NCBI GenBank assembly: GCA_040219275.1
Contig: JAVJSU010000038.1
Location: 167,962-231,961, forward strand
Origin: Aggregatilineales bacterium
GTDB taxonomy: Bacteria; Chloroflexota; Anaerolineae; Aggregatilineales; Phototrophicaceae
Length of the DNA: 64,000 nt
Reading direction: 5' to 3'
Both the position numbers and the translations under genes were made by a program. The notes under the pieces are model-generated. The model was not told where the DNA came from. It did no database searches and was given only the letters and a program-made list of their open reading frames with translations. Below are positions 19,061 through 27,617 of the stretch, one piece after another; position 1 is the stretch's first letter; every line of letters starts with the position of its first letter.

Positions 19061-19132
19061 CTATCCAGAACGCGAGTTCGGGCAGGTCTTCTTGCACTTC
19101 TTTTTGCTGTCAGTGGTGTTCAGGTCGTACAT
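19061..19132 (-). CDS. Candidate lysine-codon leader peptide 1 (23 aa, MYDLNTTDSKKKCKKTCPNSRSG).
   Basis: ATG with a Shine-Dalgarno (aAGGAtagacca ATG). Five Lys codons among six consecutive positions. Followed by the terminator hairpin. Position and orientation are as expected for a Lys-responsive attenuator of the lys operon. Confidence 0.55.
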   Translation of the reverse strand: MYDLNTTDSKKKCKKTCPNSRSG

Positions 19133-19166
19133 TGGTCTATCCTTAGTAAAAATATCGTCACGCAGA

Positions 19167-19196
19167 AATAAAAAAACCTACCGTGTAGGCAGGTTC
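19167..19196 (-). terminator. Second hairpin + T-run on the minus strand (aacctgcctacacggtaggtt + T7). It sits between the two leader mini-ORFs.
   Basis: An 8-bp stem (one G-U pair), a 5-nt loop, then tttttttattt. Confidence 0.6.
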
Positions 19197-19240
19197 GCTT
19201 TGCAAGATCAGTCTTGTTCAGGAAGCAAAAAAGCCCACGA

Positions 19241-19291
19241 GTTAGGTGGTTTTCGTCTTCTTCGCCTTCTTGCTGAACAAATTGATATTCA
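19241..19291 (-). CDS. Candidate lysine-codon leader peptide 2 (16 aa, MNINLFSKKAKKTKTT).
   Basis: Five Lys codons in 7 positions and a T6 run 10 nt after the stop. There is no strong Shine-Dalgarno, so confidence is lower than for leader 1. Confidence 0.4.
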
Positions 19292-19598
19292 TGGTTTGGT
19301 TTATTTCCAGCGCGTTTTTTGACATGAGCAATATGTTAACAGGCATGACCGCACAACGCAATAGGGCGGGATACACAAACTTTATTAGACGATATGTACA
19401 AACGCAGAGAATTAGCTCATCAGCCAGTCAGCTGGTCAATAAAGCACACATCTATTTGCTCTACGCTAAACAACACATCATCACAAGGGAAAAAGCTAGT
19501 CGCTAAAAGCCAACAGCCAATAGCTCTCTCCCACCTCGTCAATCCCAACGACTGCGGTTATAATGCACGGCGTTTCCAACAAACCAACGGGATGGCGG

Positions 19599-20246
19599 AT
19601 GTTCATAACATTTGAAGGCTTGGACGGTAGCGGCAAGACCACACAAATCAAAGAAGCCACCGCCAAATTACGCGACGCGGGCGCAAAAATCTTGCTCACC
19701 CGTGAACCGGGCGGGACGTATATCGGCGATCAAACCCGCGAGATTCTATTTGATAAGAAAGAAGACGCGACCCAGCACCCGATGAACCCGCGCACGGAGT
19801 TACTGCTCTTCTGTGCTTCCCGCGCACAATTGGTTGCGGAGGTCATCCGCCCGCATCTTGCCAGTGGGGGCATCGTCATCAGTGACCGCTTCTTCGATTC
19901 AACCTATGCCTATCAGGGCTACGGTCACGGACTCGACCTGAAAGCCTTACGCGCTATCGTGGATTTTGCGACTGCCGGACTCAAGCCGGATTTGACGATC
20001 TATTTTGATATCACGCCAGAAGAAGCCCTGCGCCGTCGTCAACGGGCTTCGTTATTCGGCGAGGAATTTAACCGATTGGACGCGATGGAGGTGGAATTCC
20101 GTCAGCGCGTCTACAAGGGCTACCAGAAGCTCATGAAAAAAGACCCCGCCCGTTGGGTAACCATTGATGCGTCACAATCCATCGGGGATGTCCAATCAGA
20201 CCTGATGAAACTCTTAAACAAACACCTGAAGTTACGCGCCCGTTAG
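19599..20246 (+). CDS. tmk: Thymidylate kinase. The start is chosen at MFITFEG.
   Basis: P-loop FEGLDGSGKTTQ, a TREPGGT lid, and DRF. A TATAAT box lies about 35 nt upstream. Confidence 0.9.
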   Translation: MFITFEGLDGSGKTTQIKEATAKLRDAGAKILLTREPGGTYIGDQTREILFDKKEDATQHPMNPRTELLLFCASRAQLVAEVIRPHLASGGIVISDRFFDSTYAYQGYGHGLDLKALRAIVDFATAGLKPDLTIYFDITPEEALRRRQRASLFGEEFNRLDAMEVEFRQRVYKGYQKLMKKDPARWVTIDASQSIGDVQSDLMKLLNKHLKLRAR

Positions 20247-20262
20247 CGATTATTTTTGAGAA

Positions 20263-20553
20263 ATGAGACTCGCGATGATTGATGTAGAAGTGCAAATTGC
20301 CATTGATGATGAAAACCCGCAAACATCCCCATGGCTGGACGAAACCGAACTGAAAATGATGATTGACCAGACCCGCGCTCAGATCGGCGAGCACGTCCGC
20401 GCCAAACTGAGCAAACTCTCACTCACAGAACCGCTCAAAGTGATCGTCACCGGCGCATATTCACTCGATACCGAGCAGATGGAATTGTCCTATCATATCG
20501 ACACGGACGACAAGCAACTGCTCCTTAAGGCGGTCACGGCGTTAAATCGCTAG
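20263..20553 (+). CDS. Hypothetical small acidic protein.
   Basis: The ORF lies 16 nt after tmk. No recognisable motif. Confidence 0.35.
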   Translation: MRLAMIDVEVQIAIDDENPQTSPWLDETELKMMIDQTRAQIGEHVRAKLSKLSLTEPLKVIVTGAYSLDTEQMELSYHIDTDDKQLLLKAVTALNR

Positions 20554-20806
20554 GGGATTGTCTTCCCCGCCTATGTTGAGTTGAGTGATAAAGTTTCTAA
20601 TTAACATCGGATGACTATTTTCACAAATTTACGGCAAAATAAAGGGTTAACTCGTAGGGTCAACCTGTTAGGTTGCCCACTGATTTTCGTTATGTGTCTA
20701 ATTTTCTAATCTACATCAGGCGGCTTGATGATTTAGCTCTGCGGCTTTAGCCCGGAGCAATATATACACACCCACTTCCAACTTCTCACTTCGTACTTCC
20801 CACTAC

Positions 20807-21184
20807 CTACGGCTTACTTTTCTTCGCCTTGTCATTGGCTTGCAGGTCTTTCTCGACCTTATCCATGCTCTCGCCCTTCAGCAATTTTTGCGTCGCATCA
20901 TGATATTCCTTGCCCAGCGCTGGATCACTCCCGCCCACCTGCTGGAACATCTCGCCCACCGCGCGTGAATCACCGGATTCAAACACGGAAAGCATCTCAT
21001 GCGAGGACATTTTGCCAAAATCATGCGTCTGGTTCTGCACGGTAATGCGCTTAATCACCCGCGAAAGGGCTTCGCTTTCACAGGTCGGGCAGATTGGCGT
21101 AGCATTGTCATAGGCGCTGTAAGTTTTATAAAATAGGGAGAAGCGTTCTCCACAATTGTCACAGCGATAATCGTAAGTCGGCAT
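20807..21184 (-). CDS. FmdB-family zinc-ribbon regulatory protein.
   Basis: N-terminal MPTYDYRCDNCGERF...CPTCES (CxxC-N-CxxC), characteristic of FmdB/Zn-ribbon family proteins. Confidence 0.7.
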   Translation of the reverse strand: MPTYDYRCDNCGERFSLFYKTYSAYDNATPICPTCESEALSRVIKRITVQNQTHDFGKMSSHEMLSVFESGDSRAVGEMFQQVGGSDPALGKEYHDATQKLLKGESMDKVEKDLQANDKAKKSKP

Positions 21185-21307
21185 ACGGTTTCTCTCTGGA
21201 ATATGATAGGCTAAATGGCAAAATAGTGATTATATTACGCGAATCATATAACTAAGTTTTACAATTTGCGTAGGGTATAAATATCATAAAACACGCGTAT
21301 TAGAATC

Positions 21308-22213
21308 GTGTTGTTAGCGAGGACAATTTATCGTATGCTGAACGATCCACCGCCAGAAAAAAAACGTAGCGTCCATCCACTAGAAGACCGCGCAGAAGGC
21401 ATCCGTCGCGCCGCAAGAGAAGCACAGGCACAAGAGCAACCTGCCGGAGAAGGTGGTCGCCAGCGGGTGATGCTCAGAATCCCCGTCGCCAAACCCAACT
21501 TAACCTATGCACTCATCGCGGTCAATGTCGCCATTTTCGTCGTCATGTTTTATATCCTATCGCCCGATCAACTCAATGACATTTACGAATGGGGCGCGAA
21601 CAATAAATTTACTGTGCTGGAACAGGGTGAATTTCATCGCCTGCTGACAGCCATGTTCATGCACGGCAGTCTCACCCATCTTGCCTTTAACATGCTCTCA
21701 CTATACGTCATCGGGCAAACGGTAGAACGCTTCTTCGGGTCTATTCGCTTTGCCCTGATCTACTTTCTCGGCGGGCTGGCAGGCTCTGTTTTGAGCGTGC
21801 TCATCAATGCGCCGGAAGTCAATTCCGTTGGCGCATCCGGCGCAATCTTCGCCATTGTCGGCGCAGAATTGGTCTTCTTATACAAGCACCGCAAGCTCTT
21901 CGGCGCGATGGCACAACAGCAACTCCGCAGTCTCATCATCATTATCGCGCTTAATTTATTCGCCGGGTTCGCCAGTAATCTGACCAACGTCGGCGTAAGC
22001 ATCGACAATTGGGGACATATCGGTGGCTTCATCGGTGGTGCATCACTCGCATGGTACATCAGCCCGTTCTTCCTGCCACGCGCCCATCCAGATCAACCCG
22101 GCGCGCTGACCATTGACGACGTGAATCCACTCGACGGGCAATTTCAGAACTTGATGATTTATATTTCCGGCTTGCTCGCCATTATTATTGTCGGCGTACT
22201 CATCACGCGCTAA
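21308..22213 (+). CDS. Rhomboid-family intramembrane serine protease.
   Basis: A six-TM core, the catalytic GASGAIFAIVGA (GxSG) motif, and a His in the last TM helix (GHIGGFIGG). Confidence 0.85.
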   Translation: MLLARTIYRMLNDPPPEKKRSVHPLEDRAEGIRRAAREAQAQEQPAGEGGRQRVMLRIPVAKPNLTYALIAVNVAIFVVMFYILSPDQLNDIYEWGANNKFTVLEQGEFHRLLTAMFMHGSLTHLAFNMLSLYVIGQTVERFFGSIRFALIYFLGGLAGSVLSVLINAPEVNSVGASGAIFAIVGAELVFLYKHRKLFGAMAQQQLRSLIIIIALNLFAGFASNLTNVGVSIDNWGHIGGFIGGASLAWYISPFFLPRAHPDQPGALTIDDVNPLDGQFQNLMIYISGLLAIIIVGVLITR

Positions 22214-22914
22214 ATCTACACATTTCCCTCAACGGCGAGGCGAAATCTACAGACCGCCTCAACGCTGATAGCTTTTAAGGGTTTTTTGTGGTCGATTTCT
22301 TAGTGTTACCGCCAATGGCACAACCAAACTCATTGGCTACGCAGACGCAAAACCCTGCTGAAACAGGCTATTCTTCCCGTACATTTGTGAAAATAGCCCA
22401 CTTCAGTGGGGTTTCTAAGATCATCGTAGCATTGGGGTTTCAGCCCAATGTGGAACAAATTCAACAAAGTAACTAAATACCTTCCTTGAAAGCCGCTGAT
22501 AGCTTTCCCCCATCACATGACATCCCTCAACAACACACATGACATTTAGCATTATCCCTCAGCCAACAGGACATGATAAGCTAAATGGGTGAACAAAATA
22601 ACCTTAATTAATTAAAAGTTAATTTTATGGTATTCTAATTTCAATAGTCAATTAAGTGGTGGCTTTGATGATGCTTAATCCAATATTTGATAACGACGAC
22701 CTCCAAAACACAATCCATAGCGTTCAACCCACCGTAAAACCCGGCGCAGAAGGCATGAACCCCATCATGTTAGTTTCATCAATGATTGTTGGCGGCGGCA
22801 TGTGGATGGGCATATTTTATCTGGGACACATCATCTTACGAGCCATCACCGGATAACCATTTCAGTGCTTACAGATTAAAAATATCGCGTCACATTTTAC
22901 AAACCGCTAAAAAC

Positions 22915-22985
22915 TGAAATTTTTCTCTGCGTTTCTCCGCGTTCATTGCGCTCTCTGCGTTATGTTTTTTCTTGTTTTGTTTCGA
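22915..22985. repeat. Intact copy of the AT-rich dispersed intergenic repeat.
   Basis: aaatttttctctgcgtttctccgcgttcattgcgctctctgcgttatgttttttcttgttttg is about 85% identical to the copy at 10276-10345. Confidence 0.7.
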
Positions 22986-23116
22986 TAAAACACGCAACTT
23001 TCACGCTCGACTGGTCGCACTATTATTTTCCCAACGATAGTTCAACGCTTCACGCCATACACTGGTAAAAGCCATCTGGCATGTGTATAGTGTCGGGCGA
23101 ACTAACACGAGAGGGA

Positions 23117-26100
23117 ATGTTCATGCGTCGCTACACACCGGATTTTGCGCTGATTGTCCTGCTATTCATCTTGCCACTGATTCTCTTCAGCCAGCAGACC
23201 CTCGGCGGGCGCACCCTCTTGCCTACAGAAAACCTCTATCAATATGAACCCTACGCCACCTATCGGGAGGTGGTCAACGCGCCGGATGTCCCGCATAATC
23301 ATTTGCTCTCAGACCTTGTACTCCAGAATATGCAGTGGAAATCCTTCATCCGCGAAAGCATCGACCAGCGAGAAGTCCCGCTCTGGAATCCCCATCAATT
23401 TTCCGGCATTCCCTTCATGGCGGCGGGACAACAATCGACCCTCTATCCCTTAAGCCTCATCTATTACGTCATGCCCCTGACCGCCGCCTATGGCTGGTTC
23501 ACGGTCTTCAATTTATGGCTGGCGGGCATGTTCATGTTGATGCTCATGCGCGGGCTTGGCGTGGGACGGTTTGGGGGGATGGTCGCCGCTGTCACTTATC
23601 AGCTATGTGGATTTTTCATCGCCAGCGCCGTCTTCCCGATGATCCTCGGCGCGGCGGTGTGGATGCCCCTGATTCTCCTGATGATCGAATTTATCATCCA
23701 GCAAAAACCACTTTTCGGCAGACCGTCCAGCCTGCCGTGGATGATCGTTGGCGCGGTTGCCGTCGCCTGTAACATCTTCGCCGGACACGTCGAATTGACC
23801 ATTTATAGCCTGCTCATCGCTGGATTTTACGGCGGCGCACGCTTACTCTGGAACATCTGGCAAAATCGCACCCCCTACACGCCCCACCTCAAAGCCGCTG
23901 GATGGATGCTGGCAATGGTTCTGCTCGGCTTTAGTCTGGGCGCGTTGCAATTTATCCCGCTATTTCAAGTCGCCAACGACAACTGGCGCTCCGAACGTGC
24001 CGACCTCAGCGAGGTGCTCGGTTATGCTCATGCCCCGCGTGATGTTCTGCAATTCGTCATGCCCAACTTTTACGGCAGTCCCGCCGACCATAGCTATTTT
24101 GACATCTTCACGCTGGAAGAAACGCCTGTCACGGTCAACATGGCTGGCGAACCCATCACCCACACCGAATGGGGCATCAAAAATTACGTCGAAGGGGCGC
24201 TCTATCTCGGCATTCTGCCCTTGATTCTGGCGATCTTCGCCTTATTTATGCCCGCACCGATCAACACCGACCCCACCAAACCGCCACCCTTCAAATGGAT
24301 TTTCGCCCTGCTCACGCTGATCTCGCTGACGTTCATGTTCGGCTTGCCCACCTATGCCGCTATTTACTTCCTGCCCGGCATCAATCAACTCAATTCGCCC
24401 TTTCGCTGGGTCTACGGCGTGACCCTCGGCGTGGCGATTTTAGCGGGCTTCGGCGCACATGCCCTGACGGTGTTGGACATCAACGGGCGCAAATGGGCGC
24501 GACGCTTCGGCTACGGCTTAATCGCACTCGCCCTGCTCATTTTTGCTGGATTGCTCGTCAGTCGCCTGATTTTTCCCCAGATCGAATCGACCATCAGCAA
24601 CGCACTATCAAGCCTTGCCGGACAGGGCGGCGAAGTCGCGGCGGATCGGTTCTCCGGCGCACAGATGTTTTTCAGCTATCAATTCGTCAACGCCCTCATC
24701 TTTGGTGTGATGCTTCTGGCTTCTGGCATCATCTTCTGGTTTTTCGGAAGAACACTCAACGAGGAGGGCGACCTAACAGGTCGCCCCTACAAAGGTCGCC
24801 CTCATACCTCGCATAGACTCGTCGGCGCAGGTAAAGGGTCTCTCGAAACCGATGTCGCTCCCCCTCGCCCCTTGTGGGAGAGGGGGCTGGGGGGTGAGGG
24901 GGCTATAATCGCCGTCCAAATCTTCGCCATCGCCCTTATCGCCGTTGACCTCATAATCGCCTCAGCCGAATTCAATCCCGCCTCAGACCCCAATCTGCTG
25001 GATTTCACGCCGCCTGCCGTTGAATGGCTACTTGAGCGTCAAGCGGAAGAAGGCGCGTTCCGCTACACAACGATAGACGCACCCGCGCAGGGGCTGGATA
25101 ATATGCTCCAGCCGAACATGACCATGCGCTACGGGCTGGCGGATATTCGCGGCTACGATAGCATCATCTCGTCGCAATATGTGGAGTACATGCGCTCAAT
25201 TCAAATCCAACCACAGCTTGATTTCAACCGTGTTGCGCCCCTGTATTTAGACCGCATCGAAGCCGACGAAGTGAATTGGTCACGCCTGAATTTGCTCAAT
25301 GTGCGCTACATCGTCACGCATAACGAAATCACCCTCGCGGAAAATTTGACCACCACCAGCGATCCGCGCCGTTTTGCACCCCCGCTCGAACTGGTTTATG
25401 CGGATGAAGCGGTCAATATTTATCGCAACAATGGCGCTTACCCGCGTGCCGCTTTAACAGAACCCTTAGACGGACAAATCCCCGGCTTCGAGACGCAATT
25501 TGTCACTGGTATGCAAGCGACCATCACCCGCGATACCGGACGCGAACGGTTTGTTGATGTCGACATCAACGGAGTCGCCACCCATTGGTTGCTCATCAGT
25601 GAAACCTATGCTGACGGCTGGCGGGCGTACATCCGTCCACAGGGCGCATCTGACGATTACGAAAAACCGCTTGATGTGGTACGCGTGTTCGAGACTCTGC
25701 AAGGCATAGAAATCGCACCCAACGCACTCGCGGAGCGTTATGGTGAGGGTGATGTAGGCGAGGCTGAACAAACCGCCATCATCGACGGACGCTATACCCT
25801 GCGCGTCGTCTATAGCCCGACGAGCTTTCAGGTCGGCTTATTCGGCACGCTCATCAGTGGCGCGTTGATCGTCTTTATGGCGGGCGTGTGGCTGTGGCGT
25901 TTATGGATCGTGCCAGATTCCGGAGAGGGATCAACCACCTCGCGCATCGCCCGCAACAGCCTTGCCCCAATCATCCTCAACCTGTTCAATCGGGGTATTG
26001 ATTTCGTCTTTGCGTTCGTCATGCTCCGCATCCTCGGACCGGAAGACGCAGGCATCTATTATTACGCGGTGATCGTCTTCGTCTGGTTCGATATTTTCAC

Positions 26101-27496
26101 CAATTTCGGCCTGGATGTCTTTCTCATCCGCGAAACCTCCCGCAATCGGGATTCCGGTGGATTTTTCTTCTTCAACACCACCTTTTTACGCCTCGGCTTG
26201 ATGGTCGCCTGCGTCCCGCTTCTGCTCGGATTCTTACTCGTCCGCCAATCCATCATCGACCCCGCGCTGAATCAAGAGGCGTTGCTGGCGATTGGTCTGC
26301 TCTATATCGGGCTTGCGCCGGGGAGTCTCAGCAAGGGGCTGACCTCGCTCTTTTACGCCTTTGAACGCGCCGAATATCCCGCCGCCGTCGCCACCGTCAC
26401 CACCATCAACAAAGCGGTGCTCGGCTTAATCGTCCTCTTGCTCGGTTACGGCATCATCGGTCTGGCAGGGGTGAGCATCGTTGTAAATCTGGTCACGCTC
26501 GGCATCCTCTACGTCGGAGCACGCCAATTTATCAACCCGCGTAGGGGCGACCTGCTAGGTTCGTCAGAACCCGGTAGCCCTTCTGACGATGCTCCCCCTC
26601 GCCCCTTGTGGGAGAGGGGGCTGGGGGGTGAGGGGAAAACAAATATCAAACCCGATACCAAACTAATACGTGGGATGGTGAACCAGAGTTACCCGCTCAT
26701 GCTCAATCATTTTCTGGCGACCATTTTCTTCCAGATCGACGTGGTGATTCTGGAAGCCATGCGCGGCGCGGTCATCGTCGGTAAATACAGCGTCGCCTAT
26801 CGCTGGCTACTGGCACTGAACGTCATCCCTGCCTTTTTTACACAGGCACTTCTACCTGTCATGTCCCGTCAAGCCAACGAAGATCGGGTCGCCCTGCGCC
26901 GAACCTACACACTCGGCATCAAGCTGATGGTCGCGCTAGCCTTCCCGCTGGCAGTCGCCTTCACCTTTCTCGCCCAACCGCTCACCCTCTTACTCGGCGG
27001 CAACCAATTTTTACCAGAAGGCGCAATCGCCCTGCAAATCATGATCTGGAGCATCCCCCTCGGCTGGATCAATAGCCTGACGCAATATCTGCTCATCGCG
27101 GTAGATTTACAACGGCGCATCACACGGGCGTTCGCCGTCGCCGTGACCTTCAACATCGTTACGAATCTCATTTTCATCCCGCGCTTTGGCTATCAGGCGG
27201 CGGCAATCACCACCATTTTGTCTGAACTGGTCTTGCTCATCCCCTTTGCCATCCTCACACACGGCGCGTTAAACGGCGTGCGCTGGCTCGATCTCATCTG
27301 GCGGCAAGCCGTTGCGGCGGGGGTGATGTTCGCCGTGATGCTGGTCGGCTGGTCGAGCGTTCCCGTTCTTGCCCTCATTATTGGGAGTACGCTCTATCCG
27401 GTGATTCTGCTGGCGCTCCGTCCCTTCAATGCAGACGAACTCGCCCGCCTCACCCCGCTCATCCCCACACGCTTCAAATGGCTGGTTGGGAATTAG
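23117..27496 (+). CDS. Fusion membrane protein: N-terminal YfhO-family membrane glycosyltransferase-like domain (about aa 1-900) plus a C-terminal MOP/Wzx-type polysaccharide flippase domain (about aa 950-1471).
   Basis: The N terminus has the YfhO-like multi-TM topology (MRRYTPDFALIVLLFILPL...NPHQFSGIPF). From about 25930 (IARNSLAPIILNLF...ILGPEDAGIYYYAV) it has the typical start of Wzx/polysaccharide-biosynthesis flippases, with about 12-14 TM helices. It is one continuous frame with no stop codon. Confidence 0.7.
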   Translation: MFMRRYTPDFALIVLLFILPLILFSQQTLGGRTLLPTENLYQYEPYATYREVVNAPDVPHNHLLSDLVLQNMQWKSFIRESIDQREVPLWNPHQFSGIPFMAAGQQSTLYPLSLIYYVMPLTAAYGWFTVFNLWLAGMFMLMLMRGLGVGRFGGMVAAVTYQLCGFFIASAVFPMILGAAVWMPLILLMIEFIIQQKPLFGRPSSLPWMIVGAVAVACNIFAGHVELTIYSLLIAGFYGGARLLWNIWQNRTPYTPHLKAAGWMLAMVLLGFSLGALQFIPLFQVANDNWRSERADLSEVLGYAHAPRDVLQFVMPNFYGSPADHSYFDIFTLEETPVTVNMAGEPITHTEWGIKNYVEGALYLGILPLILAIFALFMPAPINTDPTKPPPFKWIFALLTLISLTFMFGLPTYAAIYFLPGINQLNSPFRWVYGVTLGVAILAGFGAHALTVLDINGRKWARRFGYGLIALALLIFAGLLVSRLIFPQIESTISNALSSLAGQGGEVAADRFSGAQMFFSYQFVNALIFGVMLLASGIIFWFFGRTLNEEGDLTGRPYKGRPHTSHRLVGAGKGSLETDVAPPRPLWERGLGGEGAIIAVQIFAIALIAVDLIIASAEFNPASDPNLLDFTPPAVEWLLERQAEEGAFRYTTIDAPAQGLDNMLQPNMTMRYGLADIRGYDSIISSQYVEYMRSIQIQPQLDFNRVAPLYLDRIEADEVNWSRLNLLNVRYIVTHNEITLAENLTTTSDPRRFAPPLELVYADEAVNIYRNNGAYPRAALTEPLDGQIPGFETQFVTGMQATITRDTGRERFVDVDINGVATHWLLISETYADGWRAYIRPQGASDDYEKPLDVVRVFETLQGIEIAPNALAERYGEGDVGEAEQTAIIDGRYTLRVVYSPTSFQVGLFGTLISGALIVFMAGVWLWRLWIVPDSGEGSTTSRIARNSLAPIILNLFNRGIDFVFAFVMLRILGPEDAGIYYYAVIVFVWFDIFTNFGLDVFLIRETSRNRDSGGFFFFNTTFLRLGLMVACVPLLLGFLLVRQSIIDPALNQEALLAIGLLYIGLAPGSLSKGLTSLFYAFERAEYPAAVATVTTINKAVLGLIVLLLGYGIIGLAGVSIVVNLVTLGILYVGARQFINPRRGDLLGSSEPGSPSDDAPPRPLWERGLGGEGKTNIKPDTKLIRGMVNQSYPLMLNHFLATIFFQIDVVILEAMRGAVIVGKYSVAYRWLLALNVIPAFFTQALLPVMSRQANEDRVALRRTYTLGIKLMVALAFPLAVAFTFLAQPLTLLLGGNQFLPEGAIALQIMIWSIPLGWINSLTQYLLIAVDLQRRITRAFAVAVTFNIVTNLIFIPRFGYQAAAITTILSELVLLIPFAILTHGALNGVRWLDLIWRQAVAAGVMFAVMLVGWSSVPVLALIIGSTLYPVILLALRPFNADELARLTPLIPTRFKWLVGN
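24857..24902 (+). repeat. A 45-bp GC-rich hairpin repeat unit inserted in-frame in the YfhO-domain region (translated APPRPLWERGLGGEG).
   Basis: gctccccctcgccccttgtgggagagggggctggggggtgagggg is identical to the unit at 26589-26634 and related to intergenic copies. Confidence 0.8.
26589..26634 (+). repeat. Second in-frame copy of the 45-bp GC-rich repeat, in the flippase-domain region (translated APPRPLWERGLGGEG).
   Basis: A 45/45-nt match to 24857-24902. Both copies are preceded by a GGCGACCT-N-AGGTCG mini-palindrome about 70-90 nt upstream. Confidence 0.8.
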
Positions 27497-27617
27497 TTAT
27501 CTATCGATTCTGTAAGCAACATTTACATTTCCAAACGCTAAATTCATAAAAATTAAGAAACTTTGCACATAATCGAGTGTAAAATGAGTCTATAAGATTT
27601 TTACACGAGGTTGATTT

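Noticed and set aside
19496-19699. 67-aa minus-strand ORF overlapping the tmk start
   Set aside because: It overlaps the well-supported tmk N terminus and promoter region and has no Shine-Dalgarno or motif, so it is likely spurious.
22656-22856. 66-aa ORF with one hydrophobic helix (MVALMMLNPIFDND…)
   Set aside because: It may be a real small membrane protein preceded by an AT-rich promoter-like tract. With no Shine-Dalgarno, conservation or motif evidence it is not called as a feature and is mentioned only in the finding on the 22214-22655 region.
23081-27496. Possibility that the 1471-aa ORF is two separate genes (YfhO-like and flippase)
   Set aside because: There is no in-frame stop anywhere between the two domain regions, so separate translation is impossible as sequenced. 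It is kept as one fusion CDS and flagged for resequencing.
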